64,000 nucleotides of DNA from NCBI RefSeq assembly GCF_031769215.1, contig NW_026781880.1, positions 186,001 through 250,000 on the forward strand. The letters are read 5' to 3'. A program made the position numbers and the translations under genes. Positions 51,050-63,270 of the stretch are shown here, in pieces. The stretch is from Ylistrum balloti. Its lineage: Eukaryota. The first letter of the stretch is position 1, and each line of letters starts with the position of its first letter. The notes below the pieces were generated by a model that worked only from the letters and a program-made list of their open reading frames with translations, was not told the DNA's origin and searched no databases.

Positions 51050-51500
51050 CTGTTATATCATTCCTATGGACAAAAATAGTTAGGCTTCGCTGATACCCAT
51101 GGAACCATTACGTTAAGATGGGGTACTGTCTAATCGTGCCTCAATAGAACATTCGTACGGACCTCCCCTGTTTATTTTGGATTCACAAACTTCTCCAAAG
51201 CACATATCAGCTAGGGTTCTTCTTGGCTCTATTGAACAAAATCTTTCTCAAAACTTTTTACTAGTATCCTCAGTAACACCAGATATCGATAAGGGTTATT
51301 GTCTAATTGTGATGCTATATTCTACTAAAGTTGTATGAATGTATTGTAGGCTTTGAGGAACTCCAAAGAACTTTCAATCACTGTTCAATATCCTTTCTAG
51401 TAAAATCAATCTTGGCTGTTGAGATATGTGATTCATCATTCATTGACCCTTCGCCTTTCGAAACATTCCAAATATCAAACCGAGAATTGATGTATTATTG
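51050..51500 (+). mobile_element. Decayed Penelope-like RT N-terminal fragment
   Basis: YIIPMDKNS (cf. YVIVPADKA), LPCLFWIHKL...Y (cf. LPxLYWIPKLHKxPY) and SFSKLFTSILS (cf. PLSKLLTxIL), in the expected order. Confidence 0.5.
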
Positions 51501-53359
51501 AATTATTATCGTCCTATTGGGAGATGTTCAGGGTAGGTAATGTATATTGTTTGATACAGATGAAAAGTCTGACTTGTTTTACGTTAAACTTATTTAACTA
51601 AGACTTGATTTAACTGTACCATTCTTAAGACCTGTGGTTGGATGACACCCAGCAAATCTTAATGATTCCCTATGCTTATCTATTTACTTATTAGTTCTAT
51701 TTACGTTTTATGTAGGTATTTGTAAATAATAACTGTTTTCTGTCACTTTTTCACTTTCGTTTTAGATTAAAATTTGTTCTTCTTAATCTCTGTAATAGAG
51801 TATACGGGGGATATTTTGTCTGTTTATTTCAATTTCGAACGAATAAATAAATAGTCTTCTACTTGTACAAGGTTTGTGAGTGTGTATAAATCGTTTGAAG
51901 TCCCACGTGTGTATATATATATATATATATGTAACTATAATATTACGTTATATTTTAAATGTAAGGAGGTTCACATTGAAACCCTAACGAGCGTATACTT
52001 AAGATTATTCTTCCGTACGACCGCTGACAGTCAGAAACACGGTGTCAGATTTATATTAAAACGCATGGGAAAATGTGTAATTTGGCATTCCTTATAAGGT
52101 TGTTTTTGTCTTCAACGAAACCACTGGAAACTAGCCACATTGGTTTCTGTTTCGCACAGGAACTCCACTAGTCAGGATAACCAAGCACAAAGCAATCGGT
52201 GATATCGACATCAGCGACAATGTGTTAATGCTTATTGGGCATAAAATCTACCGGTTAAGGAGAAATTTACTTTATTATTCAATTTCTAATATAATTATTG
52301 ATTTTTCTGTAGAAATTGACTAGTTTCGTATCCTAATAGCAGATTGTTTACCAATGGTTCCATCGGTTCATCAATAATTCATAACGCTATAGAGTTCCTT
52401 CCTCATAAATAAAAAGGACATTCATTATGGAAATGACTTCAAATACCCGTAGCAATCATATGCACATTAATTGATGAAAGAAACATCTAATGCTGGCAGG
52501 GCCAGGTAACGCCAAGGGAGAGAACTCCTGACAGTTTAATGTTCACACACTAATCACGAGTCCTTATTCGCAAAATAAGGTAACGTTTGTTTCGAGAGGG
52601 AATCGTTTTAGTGAATAGTTACAGAACGAAAGTACATGTTTCAATACCAGTCGTCGACTGATGTTATACAGAAGTGTTTATAGACTCCTTTTGAAATGTA
52701 AATCTTTGTTATATGAACATGAAGAGGGAATGATGACCGAGATCAAGCATTAGTTTTATCAACGACTAGAAATGTGCTTACTTGGCGGTGTTGAGATCTT
52801 CCCTTGCTTCACGAACAGGTTTTTTTGTTAACAATTATGAACTAATTAAAATAACTCCTATTGCAAAAGAAACACATGGAATATTTTATAAGGTTCCTTT
52901 TGAAAATGTGCATATCTGCTAGCTTTAACCTTTTACTGACTACGTGGACTCTCCTGGGTGTATTGAACTGTCAGTACGACTTTATTTATGATATTCAAAC
53001 ACTGCACAGAAGTAATTCAAATGTCTACTTATTTAATTATGTATGTGGCCTGGGAATATTTAAGTTGTATAGGAACGTTATATAGTCTATCATCTTTTAT
53101 GTACACTGAAGTATTGTCCATAACTATGATGTCAGCATTATCTGGTATATACATAACTTTAGACAACATCTTTACTAAATAAAACAAAATTATCTTTCTT
53201 CACAATTCAATGGTAGCAATCTCTATGAACCTATTTTCCAGGTCGATATTGAGGTTATTTTGACAGAGTAGTTGCCCTTGAATTTTAAAGATATCTGTGA
53301 AGTGGATCACGTGTCATTATTGTGACTTGGTTAGTGTCGTGCTATGAGCGGTACAGTTA

Positions 53360-53550
53360 CGGCTTATATTCACCAGGGTTATAAACTCCCTTACTAGAAA
53401 ATAACTCATACTCAAGTTTCCAGGGGTAACTGAAATGCTTATGGTCAGGTCTGAATATTATTGCCAAACCCCTACATGGCCCCTGATTAAAGAGAGGTCC
53501 TTATTTTACAATGTCTCTGCTAGGATTCGAAACCGGGACTTCTGTTTTAT
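53360..53550 (-). mobile_element. Possible decayed SINE
   Basis: B-box-like GGTTTCGAATCC on the minus strand near 53520-53535; the rest is weakly supported. Confidence 0.3.
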
Positions 53551-53831
53551 TAGTCTTACTATCATTCGACCCAACTAAAGATTTCGGTTAGTACTTACAT
53601 GTACCACGGATACATTCTTGTAAAGGCTGTGTATTTTTCATTATCGATATTATCTTCGTTCATTAAAACATACTAATATTCTATGATCGGCAAATTCTCA
53701 TACTCGAAATGAATGAAAATAAATAAATTTCTAAGATTTCATGAAAAACAAAATCTAAACAAACAAACGGACAACACATCCGGTTTTTACCTGAACTGTC
53801 TACAATCATTGTCTTGTATCTTGTGTTGCAG

Positions 53832-56267
53832 ACCGAGCAGGGATCATCACCTGCTCCGGATGGACCTAATTTTATAGAGGGACGAGATGAAATCAGTGGA
53901 ATTCCTCATCTGCATTTCTCTTTTATCGTCCATTCCTTCATTCCACGTCGCTTCTTGGAAGTTCAATTCGCTATAAAGACAGCAACTGTATTTGGCTGTT
54001 TCGGAGAGGGCATGCGACTTCCATCTATTGTCCATCGAAGAGATGACGGAATCTTTGTCAAAAAGAAGTTCTGTAAAGACCCGGATGTTTTGTTTTATCA
54101 CACTAAGGATGTCGTGCTTGGATTACCTGGATCCATAGAACCTGATAACAGTAACTACGTGATTTCAACGGAAAGTGTCCATATAGGTTACTGTCGCCTT
54201 AAAGTACTGGACAATGGAAATAACATGGCACATTTAGACTTACAAGTAAATAAGAAGGGAGTGACCTACCTCAGTAGTGTCAAGTCAAAGAAGAAGTTTC
54301 AGGAGAAACTTAATATGAATAAAACAGCAATAGAATCAATGTTGGACTCTCTGATGAATCAAGGAGCAAACGGGTTCGATATGAAATTCAGTGACGTGTT
54401 CTCTGGTGTTCCGGAGAAATCTTTAAATCTCGGCAACCGGCCTCATACAACAATGGGACTGCGTGGGATGTTAGCGAGCTCGAGAAAGGATCTCGAGAGT
54501 AAGAAAAAAGCAGACCAAGAGAGTGGTCTAATTAACGAGGTCGAGTCAGATGAAGTCGGACACGAACTTGCATTTCCGTATGCGGCATGGCCACCCATGG
54601 CTGGAGAATTTCAAACGAGGAAACGTCCACACAATTGGCCTACAAAGAGAACGGTCGATAAAGTGTTAGCCATGGGTATCCATATAGTTCCCATGGCTAA
54701 CGGAGCCTCCAACGCGGCCGATATTGAGTGGCGGATTTCATTCGTCGCGGCGGAAAAGAAACTCGTTTTAGAAGAAATAGACGATTCTCAGAGACAGTGT
54801 TATTTGCTATTGTATCTTCTTCTTCTACACACATTCTCAGAGGGGCTAATCTTACCATGTCATCTGAAAGCCGTCTTTCTCTATACCTGCGAAGAAATAG
54901 ACCCCCGGATGTGGCACAGAAACCCTGCACATAGCTGCTTTCTTGTCTTCGATCGAATACTTGATGGCATTAGGCAGAAAAATATACCTTGTTATTTTCT
55001 AAGAAAGAATAATATGATTGACCACCTTTCTGATCTCCAGCTTTCGCAACTAGAGAGAAGACTAATGGACATCCGCAGGAATCCGGCCGACGAGTTATTA
55101 TCATTGGCGGAAAGTTACACTCTTCTTGATGTGTTTCCGTGTAATATCGATCTGCAGCGTGTTTTCGCTCCAGTCATGGGCGACGCCAAGAAATACAATG
55201 ACAAGGCCCAGGCGCCAGATGCAGTAGAAATTTTCATCAAGACAAGCAACACAGTAAGTAATGGATTCTACCACGAATTTGGATACGATCACTGTGCCTC
55301 TATTCTTGACGATGTAGTGGATTACCTGGTGGAGCCCGTACTTGGTCGAAAAGAAGCAGAGAAACAACGGGAGTATATTCCGCATCTCCTCAACCAGCGA
55401 AATATCGAATTCAGCAATGACATCGATCCCAGTGAGATCTGGAAGCCCATCACGTTCAGCCGATACCTGATCCGGAGGTACGTAGAGGGAAACACTGGAT
55501 CTGGACTGTTTGAACATCTCGCCTGCTTGTATCACGCTGCTGCGAACATTTTTAAAGAAAACAGGGTTCCACTTCTTCGTGAAGCAGACGAAATGTTCCA
55601 ACAAGCACTTCGCCGCGAGGGTGAAGGACATGGACCAGGTATGTTTGTCGAATACGCGCAGTTTCTGTGTTCTTCTGAACGGTACGAAGAAGCCGTACCT
55701 CATCTGATAAAAGTGGTATCGAGTGAAAGCGAGAATCCGACGTGTGCGAACTACTATGGACAGATGGAGATCTACGTCGTGGACGACTTTGTACGGAAGG
55801 AAATTGAAGTCAGGGGTTACGTCGAAGTTCTGTCTATCGTGTACGCCTACTACCTTCTCATTGACAGCTTTGTTCAGTTGAAGAAGCAGAAAGGCATGGC
55901 TGGTTTAGTCAGTGAATTCGAGCAACTGTGTGAGCGATTGAACGATTCCATGACGTTTTCTATGTTTGGGTATGCTATGAAGAAAGCTGGAGATAACAGT
56001 CGCGCGGGAAAGGCCTTTAAAAAGGCGGTCGATCTGGAACCGTCAAACAAACTTGCTAAAGTTCAAATATCAGGAAAACCAGCAGCAAGTGGAAGTGACG
56101 TCAATAAGACAACTGGAAACGGTGTTAGATTAGTTAAAGCAAATGGAAACGGTGGAAGCAAATCTGACAGCGGAAGCGAAAGTAGTTCGAAAAAGAGTTC
56201 TGCAAGTGAAAAGGGTAAATCTAAACCTGGCCTAGTGAGGAAAGGAAGTCGCAAAGGCAAACAATAA
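53832..56267 (+). CDS. cGAS-like receptor (cGLR)/Mab21-family nucleotidyltransferase with C-terminal TPR-like repeats and a basic tail; large terminal exon, with the N-terminus on unlocated upstream exon(s)
   Basis: Phase-0 acceptor ttgtgttgcag|ACC at 53831/53832. Mab21 motifs FGCFGEG...DPD, GYCRL, YLSS, WPPMAGEF.TRKR..NWP, GIHIVP, IEWRISF..AE, QRQCY.LL, HLKA, PCYF...NNMI. TPR-like helices EYAQFL...RYEEA and FGYAMKKAGD...AFKKAVDLEP. Confidence 0.88.
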   Translation, partial: TEQGSSPAPDGPNFIEGRDEISGIPHLHFSFIVHSFIPRRFLEVQFAIKTATVFGCFGEGMRLPSIVHRRDDGIFVKKKFCKDPDVLFYHTKDVVLGLPGSIEPDNSNYVISTESVHIGYCRLKVLDNGNNMAHLDLQVNKKGVTYLSSVKSKKKFQEKLNMNKTAIESMLDSLMNQGANGFDMKFSDVFSGVPEKSLNLGNRPHTTMGLRGMLASSRKDLESKKKADQESGLINEVESDEVGHELAFPYAAWPPMAGEFQTRKRPHNWPTKRTVDKVLAMGIHIVPMANGASNAADIEWRISFVAAEKKLVLEEIDDSQRQCYLLLYLLLLHTFSEGLILPCHLKAVFLYTCEEIDPRMWHRNPAHSCFLVFDRILDGIRQKNIPCYFLRKNNMIDHLSDLQLSQLERRLMDIRRNPADELLSLAESYTLLDVFPCNIDLQRVFAPVMGDAKKYNDKAQAPDAVEIFIKTSNTVSNGFYHEFGYDHCASILDDVVDYLVEPVLGRKEAEKQREYIPHLLNQRNIEFSNDIDPSEIWKPITFSRYLIRRYVEGNTGSGLFEHLACLYHAAANIFKENRVPLLREADEMFQQALRREGEGHGPGMFVEYAQFLCSSERYEEAVPHLIKVVSSESENPTCANYYGQMEIYVVDDFVRKEIEVRGYVEVLSIVYAYYLLIDSFVQLKKQKGMAGLVSEFEQLCERLNDSMTFSMFGYAMKKAGDNSRAGKAFKKAVDLEPSNKLAKVQISGKPAASGSDVNKTTGNGVRLVKANGNGGSKSDSGSESSSKKSSASEKGKSKPGLVRKGSRKGKQ

Positions 56268-58374
56268 TGACGTCATTTCCTGTCAACTCCGGAGTTCTTG
56301 TTCGAACTTGAAATCAAATTGAACTCGTCTCCTCTTTAAATTTTGTAAGAGTTAAATCAAACACCAATACTCACCTCTGACCCCTGACCCCTGACCCCAC
56401 GTTTCCTCCTTTGAAATACAACTCATTGATCTTAGGAAAATGATGGGAATACCGTATTTCTGTCGTCAGAATGAAAGAGAGAATGTTGCATGTTGTCAAA
56501 AGTTTTTTTTCATTTGCATACAAAATCAAGAGAAGTATAATTAATGCCAAGATTGATTCTGTTTTGTCTTACGTCTATAACAAACATGATGAATAGAATC
56601 TCTTTAAGACTTAACAAATACTTCTCGGCGGTTATAATAGTGATAACGTTTACAGCGGTACATGTTACTGATACGATAGTCTAGGTTATTAAGTAATTGA
56701 CGTCATATAGAATTCTGTAGGATTAATAGATTTCCCCTCCTTACTCCCCTTATGAACCTGGCCGTAGTTATTTCTATATACTGACAGTAATGATTGTTTC
56801 ATTTCTTCGTAGATATTTCACAGCAAGAAAGATACAAATTGCCATATATTATGTATCTCTGGGCGCGACCTGCCGAGTAAATTGATGTTCTACTTTGCTA
56901 AACATTGAAAGAATGGGCTGTTGTAAATGTAAATCTATCTATACAAATTCAGTAAACATAACAGATAAAAACAAAACAATAGCAGAATCGCACAAACTGT
57001 GATGGTAATCTCGAAGCATTTCAATATGGTGCTGTGATTTTGCTGTCTAAAGCCAGGATATTGATGGCTGCTCATGACATAATATACTATATGACGTGGA
57101 ATGATTTCAATCCAATGTGAAATTAGATATTCATTATCGAGAGTACTATATTGTCCTTTCTAAATGCAATATGTAGATAGTATTATCACATAACATTTCG
57201 TAAAATTGTCCTGGTCATTCTGATTTATTCTCTTCATCAGAATACAAGACTTCAGCATAGGTAGGTTTTTACAATGGTCAATAATTAATAATATATTCTT
57301 CAATGCAGTTAAAGAATTTACGCCATCCAACAGAGTCAATGCAACGCTTGTAAGAGGTTCTAAAATATCAGGCTATTGTAGCTTCGCTGGTGTCACATCA
57401 GTTAGTAATACATTATGATCAAAGCGTCAATAGACTTAATTCAATACCATAGATAAACGTAATATCACTTTTATGTTTAGATATACAAATTATTGTGTTA
57501 TTCATAAATATGTGTTAATTGCAGCCATACTAATAATATGCGAGATGCTATTCTTACAGTTAAGTGCGAAGCTCATATCACCAAGATTGAAACGGACTCT
57601 TCCTAGATATCATTGATCGTTGATATGCTGGATTGATATCAAAAGCAGAAGCATATTTTTAAACAATAGAAGTACAAATGATAATCTTAAAACTGTTGTG
57701 TAATCAAGTCACCCCAACGAAGAATTGTTCCGTTTCTTACTTATCAATCTCCCACCGTTTTGGTCCACGGCTGATCTTGGAGACTAATTGGTGAGTTCTC
57801 CAGAAACTTTACAGACTTGACCAGTATAATGTCTAGTTGTGCACCCTGCCTTTTTCTCTGGTCTCGCTTCCAAACTGACCGCCTCGGCATGGGTAGTGGG
57901 ATAGGTGTTGGGGTTGGGGTGACTTCTAGTTTCATATTACTTTTCTTAATAAGTCGTTAACGCCTACTAAATACGATAATTCTATAAAGATTCCGGCAAG
58001 GTAAAACTGAGTGACCATTATTAATACTGTTTCAACAAAGAAAGGAATATAATACATTAACTGTATTCTTTACATATTTGTACGTCCGGTTACATCCACG
58101 ATGTAAGTGTTTTAAGCTTTCGTTGAGTTTGTGCGTGTGTTTTGAGTGAGCTGGATATAGTGTATGCTTTTTATTAATGTTTTCAATTAATTTATTTGAA
58201 ATGTTCCGTCCACATTAAAATGGCAATATATCTAGAATGACAGTGTTGTCTTTGTTGTCTTTGTAACTATTTTCTCGGATCAAATGTATTCATTGCATTT
58301 CCCCTACAGGTATAATAGGGAGAGATAATGTCTAGTGTCACTTTCAAAAGGACGAACACATGATGAACGAGTGG

Positions 58375-58550
58375 TAAGGTGGCGTAGTGTTAACGCACTC
58401 GCCTTGAACCTAGACGTCCGGGGTTCGATTCCCGGACGTAAAAAGATATGAGGTTACCAGCCCGATTACGTGGGGTTTCCCCGTGTAATCCTGTTTCTTC
58501 CTCTCGTGCACTTCCATCCAGGCCAACAAGAGTGATTAATATAAGTTGGA
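58375..58550 (+). mobile_element. tRNA-derived SINE
   Basis: A box TGGCGTAGTG (58380) and B box GGTTCGATTCC (58422), followed by a non-tRNA body. No acceptor stem, so not a tRNA gene. Confidence 0.75.
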
Positions 58551-58806
58551 AAATGTGTTCCGCAATTGTTGTGAAAATAAAGTTTGATCTATAATGAAGT
58601 TCGAAAACAGATGTTGAGTCGGCGGAAATCAAAGAAAATACTCAGTGATGATCAGATAATTCATGTCATATGAGGACGGACACGGGTAAGATTTACTGGT
58701 CATGTACGTTTCGCCCGTTCTCAAAACAACCTCTTCTTTGAAGTAGGATTAGACTATGTATACCGTCATCGCTTTATCAATGTAGATTTTAACTACTTAT
58801 TTCCCG

Positions 58807-59122
58807 ATGTGCATATTATGTTCACACGTACATATGTGCGGTATGTGTATATTATACATGTCCGCACGTACATATGTGCGGTATGTGTATATTATACATG
58901 TTCACACGTACATATGTGCGGTATGTGTATATTATACATGTTCACACGTACATGTGTGCGGTATGTGTATATTATACATGTCCGCACGTACATATGTGCG
59001 GTATGTGTATATTATACATGTTCACACGTACATGTGTGCGGTATGTGTATATTATATATGTCCACACGTACATGTGTGCGGTATGTGTATATTATATATG
59101 TCCACACTTGCATGTGTGCGGG
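58807..59122. repeat. 40-bp minisatellite, about 8 units
   Basis: ACACGTACATATGTGCGGTATGTGTATATTATACATGTTC, period 40. Confidence 0.95.
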
Positions 59123-60007
59123 ATGAAACCATTACGTAAATGGTTAGGAGAGAAATGTAAATGTTTCACAAATGTAGATACAAACCGTACATACACTGAA
59201 TATTTCATTGTTCAGGGGAAGTAACTCGTTGTTCAGATTAACCTAAAAATGCCCCAAAAATCTTCCGCTTGCTGTTTCTTACATTGTCTCTACTTTTATA
59301 CAACTAAATCAAGATTTAAACAGAAAAGTAACATGTGAATCTTGTTAAATACAAGTAATAGTTGTATGTACCAGTATTAAAACCTTTCGCAATAAGTTAG
59401 AAGCAATCTATCTAGAAATCAGGTTTACATCTTAAGCAACATAAAGGTGTTAAAAATAACTACCAAATCGAATTGAATTCTAACACGAAGTCTGACATCT
59501 CGTTATACACCAGTTGTGTTCAATTAATGACTCTTGATTTTGATGTAGATAATATTTGTTGAAGAATAAGATACACTCGAAATACGTCTTCATATTTTAT
59601 TTGTTCCTCGTTTTCCAAGTAGATTAGAAATTCATTATAACTAACCCGTCTGATTTCAGTAGCTGAGCAGTTTTCACGAAATGATTATTTAACTTTTGTC
59701 CGTCGTTCTAGCTTCTCAATACATCGCCTTCTAATTACATTATTTCCATAACTTTAAAAGATGACCCTGTTTTGTATCGATGGAAATCGTTTTATCTGTG
59801 GATTAAATGTGGATTTATCTATAGTTTGTATGGAAATTCGCTGAAAACCTTATACTTGTAGTCACGAATGTCCACAGCGGCAAGCAGCAGAGAGTGCATT
59901 TATTTACCAAAAACAAAGTCACGTGATCTTCGATTTAAGAGAAGAAACGCTGTTCCTCGAGGAGAAAAGAGGATTTGGATCTCTTCATGATGTGTTCCTG
60001 TCCTTTC

Positions 60008-60325
60008 TGGCGTCGAAAACGGCGTGCCCAATATGGGGGACTGTGAATAACGTGTTCAATATGGCTTCAAAAATGATATTGTCCTGAATGGCATATCAAA
60101 CATGGCGTCGAGAATGGATGTGTTCAATATGATGTCGAGAATAACGTGTTTAAAAGGGTTTCGGGAATGGTATGTCCAATATGGCGTCGGAAATGGCGTG
60201 TCCAATATGGCGTCGGAAATGGCGTGTCCAATATGGCGTCGAAAATGGCGTGTCCAGTATCGATAATGACCGTGTCCAATATGGTGTTGAGAAGAGTGTG
60301 TCCAGTATGGTGTTGAGAATGGTGA
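60008..60325. repeat. 26-bp degenerate minisatellite (ATGGCGTCGGAAATGGCGTGTCCAAT) in the 3'UTR of the PLAC-like peptide gene
   Basis: Three near-perfect units at 60181-60260, with degenerate flanking units. Confidence 0.85.
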
Positions 60326-60338
60326 AGTTTCCACCAAT

Positions 60339-62334
60339 CTATTTACAGGTTACACAACAGAAAGCCTTGATATATGGGTTAGAACACATCGATCCTAAAT
60401 TGACATTCTTTTGGTAATAAGTTGTGATTTCCTCGCACGGAACACTAAACACTCCTCTGTCTAGGCATTCGTCAAATTGAGGCACTTCTTCTTCCTCTGT
60501 CTGCTCGAAGTTTTCGACTACAACACACAACAGAAGTATAAATTGATCGCATGTATTAAATGTTTCAGAAACAATTCCATGTTATTCCAATTTAGACCCG
60601 ATATATGGTGATTGAAATACCACTCAAAACACTGGCGATAAAGGCGATAACGGCGAGGGAAGTCTCGTCCCTAATTTTAGAACATGAAATGGCGAATTTC
60701 TTTGATATTGATGTAATAGACCGTATATTTCTGTAATTGCGCTGACAAACACATGTAGTAATAGTCGATCTAATAAGATACAGACAGGTCAATCAGCGGA
60801 ATGAGGTTTTATCAACATGGATAAAGTATGGAGTATGCAATATATAATATTACGTTGTAATTATCATAATTCTATATGGCCTTGAATTTACAGTGAGCCC
60901 TCGATATAATGTCCGCAGGACCCTCTACGTAATACAAATCAGTGAGTTTACAGTGAGCCCTCTATATAATGTCCTCATTATCCTCTACGTAATACAAATC
61001 AGTGAGTTTACAGTGAGCCCTCTATACAATGTCCTCAGATCCTCTACATAACACAAATACAATGAGTTTAAACTGAGCACTCTATATAATGTCCTCAGGA
61101 TCATGTACGTAATACAAATACACTGAGTTTACAGTGAACCCTCTATATAATTCCCTCAGGATCATGTACGTAATACAAATACTGAGTTTACAGTGAGCCC
61201 TCTATATAATGTCCGCAGGACCCCCAACGTATCACAAATCAGTGAGTTTACAGTGAGCCCTCTATATAATGTCCTCAGATCCTCTACGTAATACAAATAC
61301 AGAAAGTTTACAGTGAGCCCTCTATATAGTGTCCTCATTATCCTCTACGTAATACAAATCAGTGAGTTTACAGTGAGCCCTCTATACAATGTCCTCAGAT
61401 CCTCTACGTAATACAAATACAGAAAGTTTACAGTGAGCCCTCTATATAGTGTCCTCAGGATCCTCTATGTAAAGCAAATACAGAAAGTTTACAGTGAGCC
61501 CTCTATATAATGTCCTCAGGACTCTCTACGTAACACAAATATAGTGAGTTTACAGTGAGCCCTCTATATAATGTCTTCAGATCCTCTACATGATACAAAT
61601 ACAGAAAGTTTACAGTGAGCCCTCTATATAATGTCTTCAGATCCTCTACATGATACAAATCAGTGAGTTTACAGTGAGCCCTCTATATAATGTCCTCAGA
61701 TCCTCTACGTAATACAAATCAGTGAGTTTACAGTGAGCCCTCTATATAGTGTCCTCAGGACCCTCTATCTACGTAATACAAATCAGTGAGTTTACAGTGA
61801 GCCCTCTATACAATGTCCTCAGATCCTCTACGCAATACAAATCAGTGAGTTTACAGTGAGCCCTCTATACAATGTCCTCAGATCCTCTACGCAATACAAA
61901 TCAGTGAGTTTACAGTGAGCCCTCTATATAGTGTCTTCAGGATCCTGTTCATAACACAAATACAGAAAGTTTACAGTGAGCCCTCTATATAATGTCCTCA
62001 TTATCCTCTACGTATCACAAATATCGTGAGTTTACAGTGAGCCCTCTATACAATGTCCTCATTATCCTCTACGTATCACAAATATAGTGAGTTTACAGTG
62101 AGCCCTCTATACAATGTCCTCATATCCTCTACATGATACAAATTACAACAATTATTATCAAAACTAAGATTTGCTGTCTTCACAAAATGTCACCCTACAA
62201 CCATAGTATTTTAACAAATCCTTCATCTACTGACAGTAGATACTTGAGCAACGTAGTGGTCACTTACTCTGATAGGAGATGTTGATGGCTAACATCACCA
62301 GGACGAGGAGGAAAACAGCACGCACAGTGGCCAT
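60339..62334 (-). CDS. Small secreted peptide, 81 aa: signal peptide, acidic spacer and a single PLAC-like 6-Cys domain (2 exons)
   Basis: Exon 62334-62268 encodes MATVRAVFLLVLVMLAINISYQ plus 1 nt (acgATGG context, donor AGA|GTAAGT). Exon 60517-60339 follows acceptor ttctgttgtgtgttgtag. The phases match, giving ...YQIENFEQTEEEEVPQFDECLDRGVFSVPCEEITTYYQKNVNLGSMCSNPYIKAFCCVTCK*. AATAAA at 59904-59899. Confidence 0.8.
60889..62143. repeat. About 60-bp satellite (about 21 units) inside the intron of the PLAC-like peptide gene
   Basis: TACAGTGAGCCCTCTATATAATGTCC... recurs every 59-64 bp. Confidence 0.97.
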
Positions 62335-63199
62335 CGTCGATGTTAGGACGGATACGTTACTGTGTACTTCTGACGTCGGTCTACATTAATTTTGGTCATA
62401 ACTATTCTAAGTAATAAGGAACACGCATCTGATCCGATGTTCAGTTAACTTAATATACATAATGTTTGAATAAATGATAGCACTTAATTTTGAAATACAT
62501 ATCTAACTCAATAGAAAACGATATACAGAGCTTTTGATATCAAAATCCTGAAAATTTTATCAATATATTCTATTTCCAGATTATGTGTAAATAGTATCTA
62601 ATATTACTTTGACAAGGTCGTTAAGCTGACAGGCTGAACGGATACAATATCTGGGGTGTGGGTTAGGGATTAATATCACTTAGTAGCGGTGATCTGTAGT
62701 TTAATCCAGGTAGTATTTGTTATTGTCGGTCGTACGAAGTCGAAATGTACTGATTTCCTTAGATCTGTATTGTAGATATACTATAATTAGGGCACATTGT
62801 ACTGTTAATAATATTTAAAAATTTCTGATTGAAACCTACCCGACTTATCCGATGTTCACAGACTCGATACTAGTTTGTCTTCCCTAGCGTTCAGTGTTTG
62901 CTACGTATACTATCTATGTAGAAGCATAGTTTATTTCTTACAGAAAAAAATGTATCGAAACTAACATGTTTTTTTCTGATTTTCTCAACATCAATTTCAC
63001 CTTAGAAACAACACCTGATATTGATCTTATCGTAGATAAATTGTTTGACAGTCTAGTCATACTTATATCAAGGAACTTGTTACACAACGCTTGTAGAGTA
63101 GTCTCCCTTGGAAATAAAAAACGAATATCCGAATATTGAAGAGAGAGCATAGATCCAGATAGTCTCTAGAAAATATATCTGAATAGTGTGGAGAGGGTA

Positions 63200-63270
63200 T
63201 CCGGATAATGAGAGGAGAGATCCGGATAATGAGAGCAGAGATCCGGATAATGAGAGCAGAGATCCGGATA
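63200..63270. repeat. 21-bp tandem repeat, about 3.4 copies
   Basis: TCCGGATAATGAGAGCAGAGA repeated. Confidence 0.9.

Noticed and set aside
57891-57919. G-quadruplex-compatible motif (four G-runs)
   Set aside because: A single isolated motif in intergenic DNA with no supporting context.
58375-58440. Possible tRNA gene
   Set aside because: A and B boxes are present but there is no cloverleaf or acceptor stem, and a SINE body follows.
58807-59224. Cys/Tyr-rich ORFs in three frames
   Set aside because: Translations of the 40-bp minisatellite.
60592-60792. ORF with a CxC and a hydrophobic C-terminus as an extra exon of the PLAC-like gene
   Set aside because: Entered in phase 1 from the signal exon, it hits a stop before its weak donor; no recognisable motifs.
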